A DNA stretch of 64,000 nt from Eledone cirrhosa (lineage: Eukaryota), in the NCBI GenBank assembly GCA_964016885.1, contig OZ024741.1:28210001-28274000 (forward strand), written 5' to 3'. The translations under genes and the position numbers were made by a program. Position 1 is the stretch's first letter. Each line of letters starts with the position of its first letter. Below, one piece after another: positions 27,459 through 41,430 of this stretch. The notes under the pieces were generated by a model that was not told where the DNA came from, made no database searches, and worked only from the letters and a program-made list of their open reading frames with translations.

Positions 27459-29464
27459 TATATGGAACTCTTATAACCATCTTTTATTTCATCTTTATTA
27501 TATATATATATATATATATAAAAAACATATCAAACATTCCTTTAGCATTCTACCTTACTACCACCACTAACCCCCACCCACACATCCACATCCGCCCACC
27601 CCACAACTAATATTACTAACATCCCCCAACCCACCTTCCGCCTCACCCACACACACGAACACACACCATCACACATACACCCACCCACACCTACGTACAC
27701 ACCAATACACCACCCACTCCACACGCCCAACCACCACTAACCCTACCTACACACCTGCATTCCACCCCTTCCCCACCACCAGTAATACTAACACCCTCTC
27801 TACCACACACACTCATATCCAAACACGCACACACACACCCTTTCTCTCCCTCTTTTTCTCCCCGCTCCACCTAACCCCCTCATACACATCCCACTAACAC
27901 TTCCACTAATATACACACCAACCCCCCACATCACCACCTTCTCCCTCCACCTGTCACACCTACCCATCCTCTTCCCTGTCCACCGCACCTCCGCACACAC
28001 AGACACACAGTCCACACCACATACAGACCCTTTCTTTACCTGACATCCTTCTCTACTGATATCTCTTCACCCTGCCTTGACCCTCTGGCCACTTCCAGTT
28101 GCGCGCGCACCCCACATCTCTCCACTTCCGCACTACCACACCAGGATTTCACACCACCGGTCATCGTTCCAGCTATCCATTCTACGAGACGTGGAATCTC
28201 CAACATCTTGTCTCACACTCCATGGAAATATCTTAGGAACATACACTTACATTATTTTCGAACAACGCCACCTACATCCACACCACATATAAACACAAAC
28301 ACACACGTGCGTAACCCCATATACACACACTCAGTCTCCGGACTCCACACGCCCCCTCTTCCCCACCCCTCTGACCCCTCTCCATCCACACACACGCACA
28401 CACCGACTTACACCCCTCCCCATGTACACACAAGTTTCCCTTTTACCTGAACATGGAACCTCGTTCTTCCCCCAACTCTCACATTCACACACACACACAC
28501 ACACGTACACCTACACACATACACAAACACCACCTTCAGTGTCTGGGGAGGGGGAAGTCGATTAAATCGACCCCAGTGAATTACTGGTGCTTTATTTTAT
28601 CGACCTCGTAAGGGTGAAAGGCAAAGGTAACCTCGGTGGGATTTGAACTCAGATCGCCATGGGCCGTAACTCTATGTAGCAAAGCATGGTATCTGACGCC
28701 CTATCGATACCGTCAATCGACCTCTCTGACACACACACACACATATATCTTCATATATACTCTCTTTTTCTTCCCCTTATCTCTCGCATACCCACGCACT
28801 TTACTGTCATGTATACAGTATTTTGTTTCAATTCTATTCCGTTGTATTGAATATATTATAGACTTTTAGCCAATAGTGTATTTATAAGCAGCTTGTTTAT
28901 ATATATATATATATACTGTATCTGCATGAAAAAAAAAAAAAAAATGAAACAACTGGACTAGTTTCAATTATCTGCTGAGATTTATATCACAATATAGAGT
29001 TGTTACTTCACTAGTAATTTATTTATCAAACTAGCCTTCAACAATGTGATTTATGTGCGAAACTTGTCTATCCAATTTTCTTAAACTTTTAGTAATACTG
29101 ACTTTAACAGCAGTATATTCGACGACATATAAAAACGTTCTCAATTGCAAGACGAAATGCAAACACAGGATGAAATCTAGTTCAAGTGATGCCACTTTTT
29201 TTGTCCATTAAAATATTATATACGAAGTTGAGGTGTTTACATTTGTCTATAAATAAACTATAAGTCGAAAATATATGGATATGTTTCGTGAGAGGGTATA
29301 AAAGTGAAACACAATATTGATAACGTAATAGTGATTTACGAATCAATCATTCTGACAGATTTTACAGGCAAAACCAGCCTGCAGGAGACCCAGGAATAGA
29401 CTCAGAGCAAGATGGTTGAATAACTTCCAAGAGCTTGGCTGCTCTCGTTTGGAGATTCAGCCAG

Positions 29465-29600
29465 ACCAGTTGGAGACGGTTGCTTCTGATAAGACCCACT
29501 AGAAGAAGTATTTGAGGACTGTGCCTTCACGACCAGTTGGAGACAGTTGCTTCTGACAAGACCCACTGGAAAGAGTATTTAAGGATTCTTACCTCACGAC
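29465..29600. repeat. ~67-bp tandem duplication in an unclassified repeat
   Basis: ACCAGTTGGAGAC(G/A)GTTGCTTCTGA...CACG occurs twice. Confidence 0.7.
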
Positions 29601-30761
29601 CCTTTTAGGAATAAGTGTGCGAAGAAGAAGAAATTGTTGTGACTTTATTTGCTTTTCATTAACTTGGGTTTTTATAACAAACTATCTGAAGCTTCTTCTT
29701 GTTTTATCTTACAGAATTGTTTGTTTTAAAATGTTTATATTTGATGTTTGATGTGTTTGCGAAATAGCGTCTCCTTTTTTGAGGGCAAAGAGTGATGCCT
29801 CATATCTTCTTTGTAACAACAACAAAAAATGGAAAAATACCGATTGTAATGGGTGAAAAACAACAAACTTACGGGAACGACCTGTAATATGTGTCAACAG
29901 ACGAACGAGAAGAAGAAGAAGAAGAAGAAGAAGAAGAAGAAGAAGAAGAAGAAGAATGTTTCAATTTATTTAAGATCTCAGATATAGACGGTTTATTGTC
30001 AGATTTTCTGTGAACAGTCAAAGAGGTCAGCAGTTGCTTATGATGTAAAAAAAGAAGAAAAATTGAACCTAATCTGGTTGATTCCTGTTTTTCTGTCCAC
30101 TAAATATTTTGTATACAGACAAGATGTTTACATCTGTTCATACAAAGATAATTAACTACGACTCTATATATTTTGTATAGAATATTTGTCTCAACATACT
30201 TGTTGCTACAGTAAATATATAAAATTGAGGCAGTCATAAAAATAATTATTTTTTCTCAATACCGTAAAACGGTTTCTTCAAAATATCGATATTTTTTGCC
30301 TATATTAAAATAAAATATAAAACTAAAATATATTTTAACAACATAATACTGTGTATTTGACTCTTCTACTTTTGTCTGTTTTATCTTAGTTTTCTTGATC
30401 TACACAAAGTTATAGAAATATATATTTTATAGAAATCGTAAACTGAGTTATATAGTTTCATTCACACCAAACATTTAGATCTATATAAACAGAAGCTTTT
30501 ATGGAGGATGTTTGAATATAATATTACCGGCCAACGATAGACATTAAAAATGTCGTAATCTTATTTAACTAAACGATATATGTAGGTGGATATATGAACC
30601 GCAGATTTGGAATGATAATATTAAGATGTTAGTATTTTTGTGAAGAAACGTGGAATTGAATTCGAATAAATGTTCGGATATATATGTGTATCATGTGAAT
30701 TTTATATGACGATGTTGCGCATATCTGCTAGTAAATGAATATATATAGATACATAATCTAT

Positions 30762-30806
<45 letters not shown>

Positions 30807-30808
<2 letters not shown>

Positions 30809-31911
30809 AAGAATTAGTATATCTACCAACATATATATACAGATGCATACCTATGCTAGTAAATATATAGGTTTTGTCTTAGTAACTTTGTGGTTCAATG
30901 CAAGGCGATGCAGAACAATTATATGAAAGACGTAAAATAAGAAAATTATAAAAATTTACTTACTTACTAAAATTTCACTCCAACTAATTAGTTTCTGAAA
31001 GGGAATAAACATGGTTTCCGATTGGAACAACATGGAGAAATAACCTTTCGTCATCAGGGAGATCTGTTCTCAGCTAAGTTCCCAGGCAATGCGTGGACAC
31101 AGGGAACTTATACAAAAATAATTCAGTGGATGGAAAAAAGCAAGCGAGGACTAAATTCCAGGACATTGAAAAAATCACTGCCTACTTAGTCGGTGGCGAA
31201 TTCAAAAGAATCAATCACCTGACATCGAGGTCAATCAGATCTCCCTGATGACGAAAGGATATTTCTTCATGTTGTTCCAATCGGAAACCATGTTTATTCC
31301 CTTTCAGAAACTAATTAGTTGGAGTGAAATTTTAGTAAGTAAGTAAATTTTTATAATTTTCTTATTTTACGTCTTTCATATAATTGTTCTGCATCCCCTT
31401 GCATTGAACCACAAAGTTACTAAGACAAAACCTATATATTTACTAGCATAGGTATGCATCTGTATATATATGTTGGTAGATATACTAATTCTTTATAATT
31501 ATCTCCAAATTATTTTGTTGAGCAAAAATTTGCCAAAACTACTGCTATGATTCATAGTAATAGCCAGGCTACTGTCTTATTAGCACCCCCACTCCTCACT
31601 GATTGACCTCGATGTCACGTGATTGATTCTTTTGAATTCGCCACCGACTAAGTAGGCAGTGATTTTTTCAATGTCCTGGAATTTAGTCCTCGCTTGCTTT
31701 TTTCCATCCACTGAATTATCTTTGTATAAATTCCCTGTGTCCACGCATTGCCTGGGAACTTAACTGAGAACAGATCTCCCTGATGACGAAAGGATATTTC
31801 TCCATGTTATTCCAATCGGAAACCATGTTTATTCCCTTTCAGAAACGAATTAGTTGGAGTGAAATTTTAGTAAGTAAATTTTTATAATTTTCTTATTTTA
31901 CGTCTTTCATA
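30807..31911. mobile_element. Retrozyme-like locus, family C': inverted copy + ~535-bp partial tandem, three HHRs (30978-31061 minus; 31241-31324 and 31776-31859 plus)
   Basis: CTCC-CTGATGA-CGAAAGG...CCTTTCA-GAAAC-TAATTA-GTT-GGAG. Homologous to 9631-10426, no ORF, (TA)n on both flanks. Confidence 0.85.
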
Positions 31912-31929
31912 TATATATATATATAATTT

Positions 31930-33292
31930 GTTTAGCAAGATTCTTTATCTGAAAACGTGTGTTGAAATCGATATTGTTATGCTTTGGGAGGGTCATGTTG
32001 CCAATAAGAAACACACGCACCAGTTGCTTTCACTCCAATTTATTATGAATTAAATTTATAAATTTAAGAATTTATAAATTTCCGGTTGGTTGGTTGGTTC
32101 CACAACCGGACGGTTGTTCATATATTGTCAAAGTTCTTTCGTCACACATTCTGTGACCTCTTCAGTGGCTGGGGATTCTTTTCTTTGTTTTTGTGCCTCT
32201 CCTTTGTCCTACGCCATCTTGTTTTTGTGTGTGTTGTGTGCTTAGTTTGCGCATGTGTTACATCCGGGTGTCTGTGTGTGTTTATATTTGTTTATTTATT
32301 TATTTATTTGTTTATTTACATGTTACTGGTTGGTTGTTTGTTCTATGTGTGTGTGTGTTTTCATTTTGTCCTTAATTGTAAGTTGTGATGTTGCTATTCC
32401 ATTCATGTTTTCTATTTAATTTTGGTTGGAGTTCATTTATGTTTATTGTCTCTGTGATTTGTCTAAACATTGCGTCTTTTCTGTGTGTAGATTCTATTTT
32501 TATTTCTATGTTCTCTAATTTACTCTTATGTTCTATTTTAGCATGTTGGTGGAGTACAGATGATTCTTTTCTATCTTGAAGCTCTCGCCAGTGTTCATTT
32601 ATCCGTTCTCCTACACTACGAGCTGTCTCACCTATGTACACTATATTCTTATCTCTACATTGTCCTTCAGTACATCTTATGCTATATACTACATTTCTAG
32701 TTTTACAGTTAATATGGGGGCTTAGTTTACAGATTATACATTTCTTATCTATACAGGGAGGTCTTTGAAAAGAGTATGTATTGCTAATAAGTGTTTTTAT
32801 GGAGCTACCTAGGCTTTCTACTATCTTAATATTGAGTTTATGTTTATCTAGGGCCCTTCTAAATTTGTAAGCTAATTCACCTTTAGGGGTTGTATTGATG
32901 AACATTACACTCTGGTATTTATTGCTATCATACTATGAGTTTATTCTATTAACCTTATTCCTAGTTCTTTCTATTCTATTCCAAAATTTGCTCCTATACA
33001 AGGGGCAGGTCCCATTTGTATCATTATTTACCATTTTTTCCTATTTGGTTCTGGCTCCTCTATATACTCTGTTTAATCTCTCTGATTGTAACCAGAGAAC
33101 TGCATACGGTGGATGAAGTGTTGTATGTGTCTCTCTAGTTCTTTGGGGTTGCACATGCGGGACACGTTTCTCATCACCCGTACCAAATCCGCAATCAGTA
33201 TGTTGATTTTGGTGTGGTTCGAAACAGGTGAGTTTCGGTGGATCAGATATTTTGAAGTCATGGGTTTGGCATAATGGGAATGGAGGATATAA
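31930..33292 (-). pseudogene. PLE 3' fragment (thumb + GIY-YIG + 3' UTR), same clade as 11425
   Basis: HYAKPMTSKYLIH, RVMRNVS, MFINTTPKGEL, VVYSIRC, YIGETARSVGERINEH, RQITE. Confidence 0.88.
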
Positions 33293-33310
33293 ATATATGT
33301 GTGTGTGTAT

Positions 33311-33396
<86 letters not shown>

Positions 33397-34824
33397 TAAC
33401 AGATTAAAGTTTAAGCAAAGAATCGCTGCTTTCACCCTTAACCGGATTTTCTGAAACTAACAAAGTCAATCTGTGAACGCAGAAGAGAATATTTCAAAAA
33501 ACGTTGCAACCGGAGGAAGACAGGAAGACGATACTTTGGTTCGTGGAAACGTTCCCTGGCAAAAAACGGGAAAAAACGAATATAATACGTCATTATGTGG
33601 AGCGGTGAAAAACAATTACACGCAAAGACAAAACCACGTTTATGGTATAAAAGAAGTCGTAGACTAATATTTTATTAGGTGATTCATAGAGACGTTCTCT
33701 GGCAATGAACGGAAAAAACGAAGATAATACGTCATATGTGGACCGTGGAGAACAATTGCACGCAAAGACAAAACCACGCAAATGGTATAACTGAAGTCGT
33801 AGACTAAAATTCTAACTAGGAAACCGAATGATTCTCGGCTTCAGAGTTAAGAATAAAGTAAATAAAATACAGAGGTAATTGAAATTAAATAAATACATAC
33901 ACGCACCCATATACGTAGATAGACAAGCATACGCGAAAACACTCGCCATAGGTATACAAATACACGCACGTCTTGATGTGGTAGCTAAGTATATGTTATG
34001 TTTATACCATTACTTATTTGTATAGGTAAGTATATATTACCTGTATGTTTTGTGAAGGTACGTATACTTTCTCGTACGTATATTTGATTGTATATGTTAT
34101 GACGTATATATTATATATTCTGGTACATATGCTTTTGGTTATGTGTATACTTGAGTTTTGCGTCTGTGTGAGTATGCGGGTTCGTACGTATGTAGGGTGT
34201 GTGTATATGTGTACTTTGTGTTTTGGTTGACGTACGTCTCCGAACATATGTGTATTCACATGTAGATACGTGTGTGCGCTTGTTATATACGTATTTATTT
34301 ATTTATATACGTTTATTTAATTATATGTATACACGCACAAACACACACACACATATATATATATTTTTTATTAATATATATTTTTATGTGTATTTGGTGT
34401 ATTCATTCGTATGCATGCGGGTACCGGCATGCGTGGGTTCTGTATGTGCGTGCGGGGTTTTTTTTTGTTTTTTTTTTTAGTGTACGTCCGTATATTTGTA
34501 TACCTATGGCGAGTGTTTTCGCGTATGCTTGTCTATCTACGTATATGGGTGCGTGTATGTATTTATTTAATTTCAATTACCTCTGTATTTTATTTACTTT
34601 ATTCTTAGCTCTGAAGCCGAGAATCATTCGATTTCCTAGTTAGAATTTTAGTTTACGACTTCAGTTATACCATTTACGTGGTTTTGTCTTTGCGTGCAAT
34701 TGTTCTCCACGCTCCACATATGACATATTATCTTCGTTTTTTCCGTTCTTTGCCAGAGAACGTCTCTATGAACCACCTAATAGAATATTAGTCTACGACT
34801 TCTTTTATACCATAAACGTGGTTT

Positions 34825-36469
34825 ATCTGGATGATGCTACGTTGGGCGGGCCCGTACGGACGGTCTGCCAAGACCTTCAATCGGTGATTCCTGCCCTGGC
34901 GGGAGTCGGCATCCAGGTCATCTCGGCCAAGTCGGAGGTGGTGAACGTCAGCCTCGATGCTGTGAGATTTGCAGCCTCCGTCTTGGACGTGCGGTCGATT
35001 CTCCGCCAGGTTCAGGTGACCCCCAAAGAGGATGTCCTCATCCTCGGGTCACCGATCCATCCGCCGGCCATCCGCTCCACCATCAGGTCCAGGCTTCAAC
35101 AGCTCCAGACTCTCACGAGCCGACTGGGCTTGATTGACGGCGACCCAGCTCTCTTTCTGCTGAGGAACTGCTTCGCCATGCCGAAGCTCCTCTATACACA
35201 CCGCAGCGCTCCATGCTACACCCAGACATCTCTCCTCGCTGACCTCGATACTTGTATCCGAGCAGTAGCCGAGGAGATATGCAACGTCAAGTTTGACGAC
35301 ATAGGGTGGCAACAGGCCACTTTACCGGTCAGGTATGGCGGCCTAGGCCTCCGGCCCCCGATCTCACTAGCTTTGCCGGCGTATCTTTCGTCGGTAACCT
35401 CGTGCCGCGTCCTCGTCAGCAGGGTTCTTCAAAACACAACAGAACCCTCTGTGTCCAGAGAACGTGAGGCCGCCTGTGAGACGTGGGACCGGCTGGGACT
35501 TAGCCCAGTAGACGTCCCTCCTCCTTCTCCCCCTATTGACGTCAAGTCCCCCTAACGCACTTGGGATGCCATCCAGTGCAGCCTGGCCTCAGACAGGCTC
35601 ACGCGCCATCTCGACGAGCACCGCCTTGCTTGTTTTCGTGCGGCCTCCAAAACCCACAGTGGTGCCTGGCTCCATGCTCTGCCCTCCTTCTCCATTGGCA
35701 CGCAGCTAGACAACCATAGTCTGCGAATCGGCGTTTCCCTGAGGCTCGGCCTCCAGATCTGCCAGCCACACCAATGTCGCTGCGGTTCCACCGTGGACTC
35801 TTGCGGCCTCCACCCGCTTTCCTGTCGCCACAGTGCCACCAGCCACATTCCACCCCATACTGCCCTCAACGAGGTCATTAAGCATGGCTTGGACGCTGCA
35901 GGCTTCCCTTCCCAGCTCGAGCCGGTGGGGATGGATTGAGGGGACGGCAAAAGGCCAGATGGCATGACCATCTTCCCGTTCCGCGGTGGCAAACCCCTCG
36001 TCTGGGATGCCACTTGCACCGACACTTTCTGCAGCCGCAACCTGGTGCAGTCTGCGACTGACCCAGGTTCTGCTGCACGTCGGGCTGAGGGGGCCAAACT
36101 CCTCAAATACCGATCGCTCTCCGACAGGTTTGCGGTCGTTCCCCTGGCAGTGGAAACTTCTGGTGTCCTCGGCCCCAGGGCTACCTCCTTACTCACCATC
36201 ATAGGCGCTGAGCTGGCCAGCCGTAGGTGTGAGCCCCGCGAGTTGGAGTGGTGGCTTTTCCAGCGCGTCTCCCTTGCCGTCCTCCTGGGAAACGCCTTCT
36301 CCATTCTGTCCGCCGGGGCTGTGGCTGGGCCCCATCGCGTACCATTACATTAGTTAAATACCATTCTTTCATCTGATACATATATATAACATATCTCTAC
36401 TTATATCTATTTCTCTTTGGATACATGTATTTCTTTTCGTTTATTTCCATCTCAAATATGTTTACAGTA
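34825..36469 (+). mobile_element. 5'-truncated CRE-clade non-LTR retrotransposon (RT C-terminus, CCHC knuckle, restriction-like endonuclease) with 11-bp TSD; two in-frame stops
   Basis: YLDD, WQQATLPVRYGGLGLR, SGAWLHALP, CRCG..DSCGLHPLSC, DGKRPDG, WDATC, PLAVETSG, FQRVSLA..GNA. TSD AAACGTGGTTT at 34814-34824 and 36470-36480. Confidence 0.9.
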
Positions 36470-36639
36470 AAACGTGGTTTTGTCTTTGCGTGTAATTGCT
36501 TTTCATCGCTCCAAATAATGACGTATTATATTCGTTTTTTCCCGTTCTTTCCCAGGGAACGTTTCCACGAACCAAAGTATCGTCTTCCTGTCTTCCTCCG
36601 GCTGCAACGTTTTTTGAAATATTCACTTCTGCGTTCACA

Positions 36640-36709
36640 GATTGACTTTGTTAGTTTCAGAAGATCCCGTTAAGGGTGAAAGCAGCGATTCTTTGCTTAA
36701 ACTTTAATC
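36640..36709 (+). ncRNA. Type I hammerhead ribozyme, family D (U4A core, CUU triplet, stem I with large bulge)
   Basis: GATTGA-CTTTGTT-AGTTT-CAGAAGA-TCCCGTTAAGGGT-GAAAGCA-GCGATTCTT-TGCTT-AAACT-TTAATC. Confidence 0.72.
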
Positions 36710-36810
36710 TGTTATTTTAATAAATATTTGCTCTACGGTTCTTATATATTTGATATATATTTATCCTTATCGAGCCCTCTTTGGATTTTAGTCTTCAAAT
36801 TTATTATTAT

Positions 36811-36864
<54 letters not shown>

Positions 36865-36872
<8 letters not shown>

Positions 36873-37214
36873 ATATTTGTTTTCCAAGGTTTTTGATATG
36901 AAATCGTGTGTCGAAACAAATATTGTTATACTTCGGGAGGGTCATATTATTTTAATAATATTGCCAGAAATAATAACAGAACACACTCACTGTTTGGGTG
37001 GTTCTCTCTTCTGTATCTTTTATATCTCCATAGTTAATTTATTTGGCAAACAATGTTTATCACTGAGTGACCAACGGTTAAAAATACAGATATAAATATA
37101 TATATATATATATAGTCTAACAAAGTTCTTTCGTTCCACATTTGCAACATCATCAGTGGTACTATTATGTTCCCTCCTATTGTATTGTATTGTAATGTCT
37201 ACGCCATTTTTATT

Positions 37215-37245
<31 letters not shown>

Positions 37246-37460
37246 TTTCTTCTTGTCTCCGTCTGTACTAATAAGAAATGTGTTATATGTAAAGTAAACT
37301 CCCAGATAAACTGTAAAACTAGAAATGTAGTCTATAGCATAGGATGTACAGAGGGTACTTGCAGAAACATGTCAACAACATACATAGGCGAGACAGCTCG
37401 TAGCATAGGTGAAAGAATAGACCAACACTGGGGGGAACTAAAAGGACAAAAAAACGGTTC
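36865..37460. mobile_element. PLE remnant: inverted 3' UTR/pLTR (minus) joined to a short GIY-YIG fragment (37259-37458, plus) of the 11425 family
   Basis: CTNKKCVICK..NCKTRNVVYSIGC..YIGETARS. 36880-37250 is the reverse complement of sequence similar to 12200-12585. Confidence 0.8.
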
Positions 37461-37594
37461 GGAAATAGCTGTCGAAACGGCTTGAGCTCTGACGTCGGGG
37501 TTCTGACTCTTTTCCTATTACCCACTCTACTACCCAAAGTATCGAGTACTCTGGTGCGTTATGGTCCACCTGGTTCCTTACCACACTTCCTTCG

Positions 37595-37645
<51 letters not shown>

Positions 37646-37877
37646 ATTATTATGTAAGCAGCGATTCTTTGCTTAAACTTTAATCTGTTATTTAAAAAAA
37701 TAAATATATATACATATATTATATATATATATATTATATATATATATATTATATATATACTATATATATACATATATTATATATATATTATATATAAATA
37801 TATTATATATATATATTATATATATAAAAAAAAAATATATATATATATTATATATATATAATATATATACATATATT

Positions 37878-37986
<109 letters not shown>

Positions 37987-38204
37987 ATACATATATATGT
38001 ATGTATACGTACATACATATATGTATACAGAGGTACAGTAGTATGTATATATATACATACATGCACACATATATATATACACGTACTGGTTTACCGAACA
38101 TTTATTATAATGCTCGTTTTTTTTGTAAACAAACAAACAGCCCGAATTACGCCGTACAGTGTTTAGGCAACCACGTCACCTTTTTGTTCAACACTGACAC
38201 AGGA

Positions 38205-38247
38205 ACGATGTACTAGTTTCAAGCTTATTAGCTATCGTCAGCATCGT
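38205..38247 (-). ncRNA. Minimal type I hammerhead ribozyme, family G (element ~38080-38400)
   Basis: ACGATG-CTGACGA-TAGCTAATAAGCTT-GAAAC-TA-GTA-CATCGT. Palindromic ACTAGT. Confidence 0.88.
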
Positions 38248-38543
38248 ATACCTTCCTGCCAGATGGTTGAACGTCTGAAAGTATATATTTTGCTTATGCA
38301 TATTAACGGCTGAGCAGCCTAATTTGCATATCGAGTGAGTTCAGTCGGCCGGGCACACCGAAAACGATAAATGGAATAGAATGAAACGAAATTTCATTTC
38401 ATATGTGTGCATGTATGTATATATATACATACTACTGTACTTCTGTATACATATATGTATGTACGTATACATACATACTTACATTTAAGTAAGTGCCGTA
38501 CTAAGAGTGAGAAATGAAATTTCGTTTCATTCTATTCCTATTA

Positions 38544-38576
<33 letters not shown>

Positions 38577-38630
38577 ATAATATATATATATATATATTAT
38601 ATATATATATAATATATATATATATATATT

Positions 38631-38672
<42 letters not shown>

Positions 38673-38706
38673 ATATAATATATATATAATATATATATAT
38701 ATTATA

Positions 38707-38767
<61 letters not shown>

Positions 38768-38801
38768 ATTATATATATATATATATATAATATACATATA
38801 T

Positions 38802-38840
<39 letters not shown>

Positions 38841-39039
38841 CAAAATATATATCGATATTATCAACTGAGAACCTATTAGTATTTGGTATATACAGAACGA
38901 TTAATTTGTACTTCAAGATGGTAAAAATTCCTATAACTTCCTAAACAGATGTGTTTCTAGAAATCGAATAAAAGAAGCAAAACCATTAATCTTAGTAATT
39001 AGAATCGATCACGAATTATCGATTTTGGTAACGAAAGGC

Positions 39040-39612
39040 TCTCTAAACGGTTATTTTATGGTGAGATGACCAGAGAAAAGAGATGACAGTAATAAACGAA
39101 GAAACGGTTTAGGAATGTGATAAAAGACAATCTTAAAGTTCTGAAGAATGATATGAAGAACTGGGAGAGACTGGCTGAAGGCCAGGTATCATGGAGAATG
39201 ATCATCCAGGGATGTGATATCTTCGGGTATGTGAGTGGAGCATGTTGTTATGAAGCTTTCACTTCGTAAGCAGGACTCAAGTGCATGGATTTGTCAACCA
39301 TCTGAAGTAACAGGAGCCAGGGAGAATTCGGACCAGTTGTGGCATGGCTCTACCATCATGCCTTCCGCGGTACATTTGCAATGAGTTTGGCATAATTTGT
39401 AAGTCAGCTGGTGGACTGACCAGACATGGTAGAATGTATGAAGACACACAGCAGCCGGTATTGACAGGAGACAGACAGGTCATGTGTCACATCTGTGAAC
39501 GTGCCTGTAAAATAAGAGCGGGTCTGAAAAGTCACCTGCGAGCACGTGATCGTGCAATGTTCAATGAAGTGATGGCACTCTTCTGACAAGAAGTAGCAAT
39601 CAACATGTATTT
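39040..39612 (+). pseudogene. RTE-clade LINE 3' end with C2H2-like fingers
   Basis: LFYGEM...KRFRNVIKDNLK, ICKSAGGLTRH, CHICERACKIRAGLKSHLR, then a TATG-like tail. Confidence 0.7.
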
Positions 39613-39621
39613 ATGTATGTT

Positions 39622-40135
39622 CTCTCTTTCTCTTAATTTCGAGTATATTTTTGACCGGCCACCTTCCTGGTGGCAAGGTTGTAAAAGAAAAGAAATTGTT
39701 ATCCCTTGAATCGCAAGAAAGTTTTGCAAATTTTGAAGGTGCCAGCTATCGCAGCTATTTGTAGACAATGAAATAGGGAGCTGCGCTCTTTGTCCGCAAA
39801 TCCAAGTTCAGTTATACATTGGTCCTAGCGGGTTGGTATATAACCCGTATCTCCAATAATGATGGGTATGAAGCTAAAGGTGTATCTTGGATACTGGATT
39901 TGTAAACTCCTCATCAATGGTCCGTAGATGTCCTCCTTCTCCTGTATTTGTCCTCCTTCTTCTGACAACGTTTACATCAAGTGGGCAGCTGATCTCCACA
40001 ACAGAACACGTTTTCAATGTGTGGTCCCAAACAACATTATCAGGCCAATTGTGCTTTAATTTGGTAGCAGTTTTTATTTTCAGGTTCCACCAATATTCCT
40101 TAGTGCCATCTGTCTCAATATATTCTTCCTCGTTT
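39622..40135 (-). pseudogene. R4/Dong-like LINE 3' fragment (restriction-like endonuclease)
   Basis: EYWWNLKIKT..KHNWPDNVVWD..KTCSVVEISCPLDVN (PD..E motif typical of RLE). Confidence 0.7.
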
Positions 40136-40171
40136 GTTTTTATGTATGTATGTATGTATGTATGTATGTTA

Positions 40172-41020
40172 TGTCGGGTCACCAGTTGGTCACCAGATGG
40201 TGCTACTGGTAACATGTATCCCAGTACAACCTGTCTCATGGTCGGGTCGTTGGCGACTAAACTGGCAACCCCACCAAGGTTTCTTGGTGAGGAGGGTGAC
40301 TTTGGACATCCTGCAGGACTAAAAACAAGACCTGTCAAAGGGCAAAGGAGCTCTTAAGAGTCAATGGCCATCCAAAATCACAGGGAAAGATGACCCCTTA
40401 GCCTTTGTCAAGGCAGAATTCTAGGAGAAGGAAAACTCTGATATAACACCTGCAACTCTGATGGTATCCAATGATGTTGACTTGTTCTTCTTTTTGGTAA
40501 ATATCATCTTGGTTAAGAGAGTGGGACTGGCTTTGTGCAGTGCCTTTGCTCACTATAAAAGCTTCACGCACAGGCATTGCTTTATATCTGGAGATCTCTC
40601 TGCACTTGTCGTCACATGTACCATGGGCCCAGCACTATATGTCAATAATGGTCACCAGTGGGGTGTTTGTGCCAGAGTTTTCAAGTCGCTGGCTGGACTA
40701 AAAAGTCACACTCGTTCAGCGCATCGGTAGGGGTTCTCCTACATGGATATAAAGTAGTGGCCGTACTCGAAAACGAGTTGGCAGCCACCATGTATGTATG
40801 TATGTATGTATGTATGTATGTATGTATGTATGTATGTATGTATGTATGTATGTATGTATGTATGTCTCAATAATTGTCACAAGTGTAGTGTTTGTACCAG
40901 AGTTTTCAAGTCGCTGGCTGGACTAAAAAGTCACACTCGTTCAGCGCATCGGTAGGGGTTCTCCTACATGGATATAAAGTAGTGGCCGTACTCGAAAACG
41001 AGTTGGCAGCCACCATGTAT
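40172..41020 (+). mobile_element. Non-autonomous RTE-derived element (5' UTR-like part + 3' zinc-finger end + (TATG)n tail), with duplicated 3' end at 40890-41020
   Basis: CARVFKSLAGLKSHTRSAHR*, (TATG)n at 40790-40864, and 40670-40795 repeated at 40895-41020. Confidence 0.6.
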
Positions 41021-41083
41021 GGAGGACTGCACAGTGCACTCTACATGTGAATGGAGTTATACTAAAGCAGCTAGAGAAGTTCA

Positions 41084-41430
41084 AGGTGTCGCTGGCCATT
41101 GTCCGCGGAAATGCTTTTGCAGTTTTGTCCGCAGGGTGCAGCCGAAACACCACCCCGACCTAGGGACAGTCTGTCACCCTCTGCCCTCCTCATTCTATTT
41201 CTTGCGTGGCCTAAGTGTCCTTGCTCTTCCTCTCCCTTTCTTCACATTTATGGCATTTATAATCCTTTCCTATATTTCCCTATATAGCCAGATCTGCCTT
41301 TCTTTACCCTTTTCCCCTTGTTTTTTCATCACTTAATTTTGTTTTTATCTTTGTTTAAAAATATTTCCACCATTGTATAACTTCTGTTTGTAAAATACAG
41401 TTGACATAATAAAGCCATAACTAAAAAAAT
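41084..41430 (+). pseudogene. CRE-clade LINE extreme 3' end
   Basis: VSLAIVRGNAFAVLSAG, pyrimidine-rich 3' UTR, AATAAA. Confidence 0.7.

Larger units (their letters stand above)
33391..36815. mobile_element. Family D non-coding element as inverted pair (33391-33970 vs 34480-36815), right arm interrupted by a CRE insertion
   Basis: The arms are reverse complements. Internal ~130-bp tandem. HHRs at 33402-33471(-, G8A) and 36640-36709(+). Confidence 0.8.

Noticed and set aside
35552-36304. 250-aa minus-strand ORF
   Set aside because: Antisense shadow of the GC-rich CRE coding sequence
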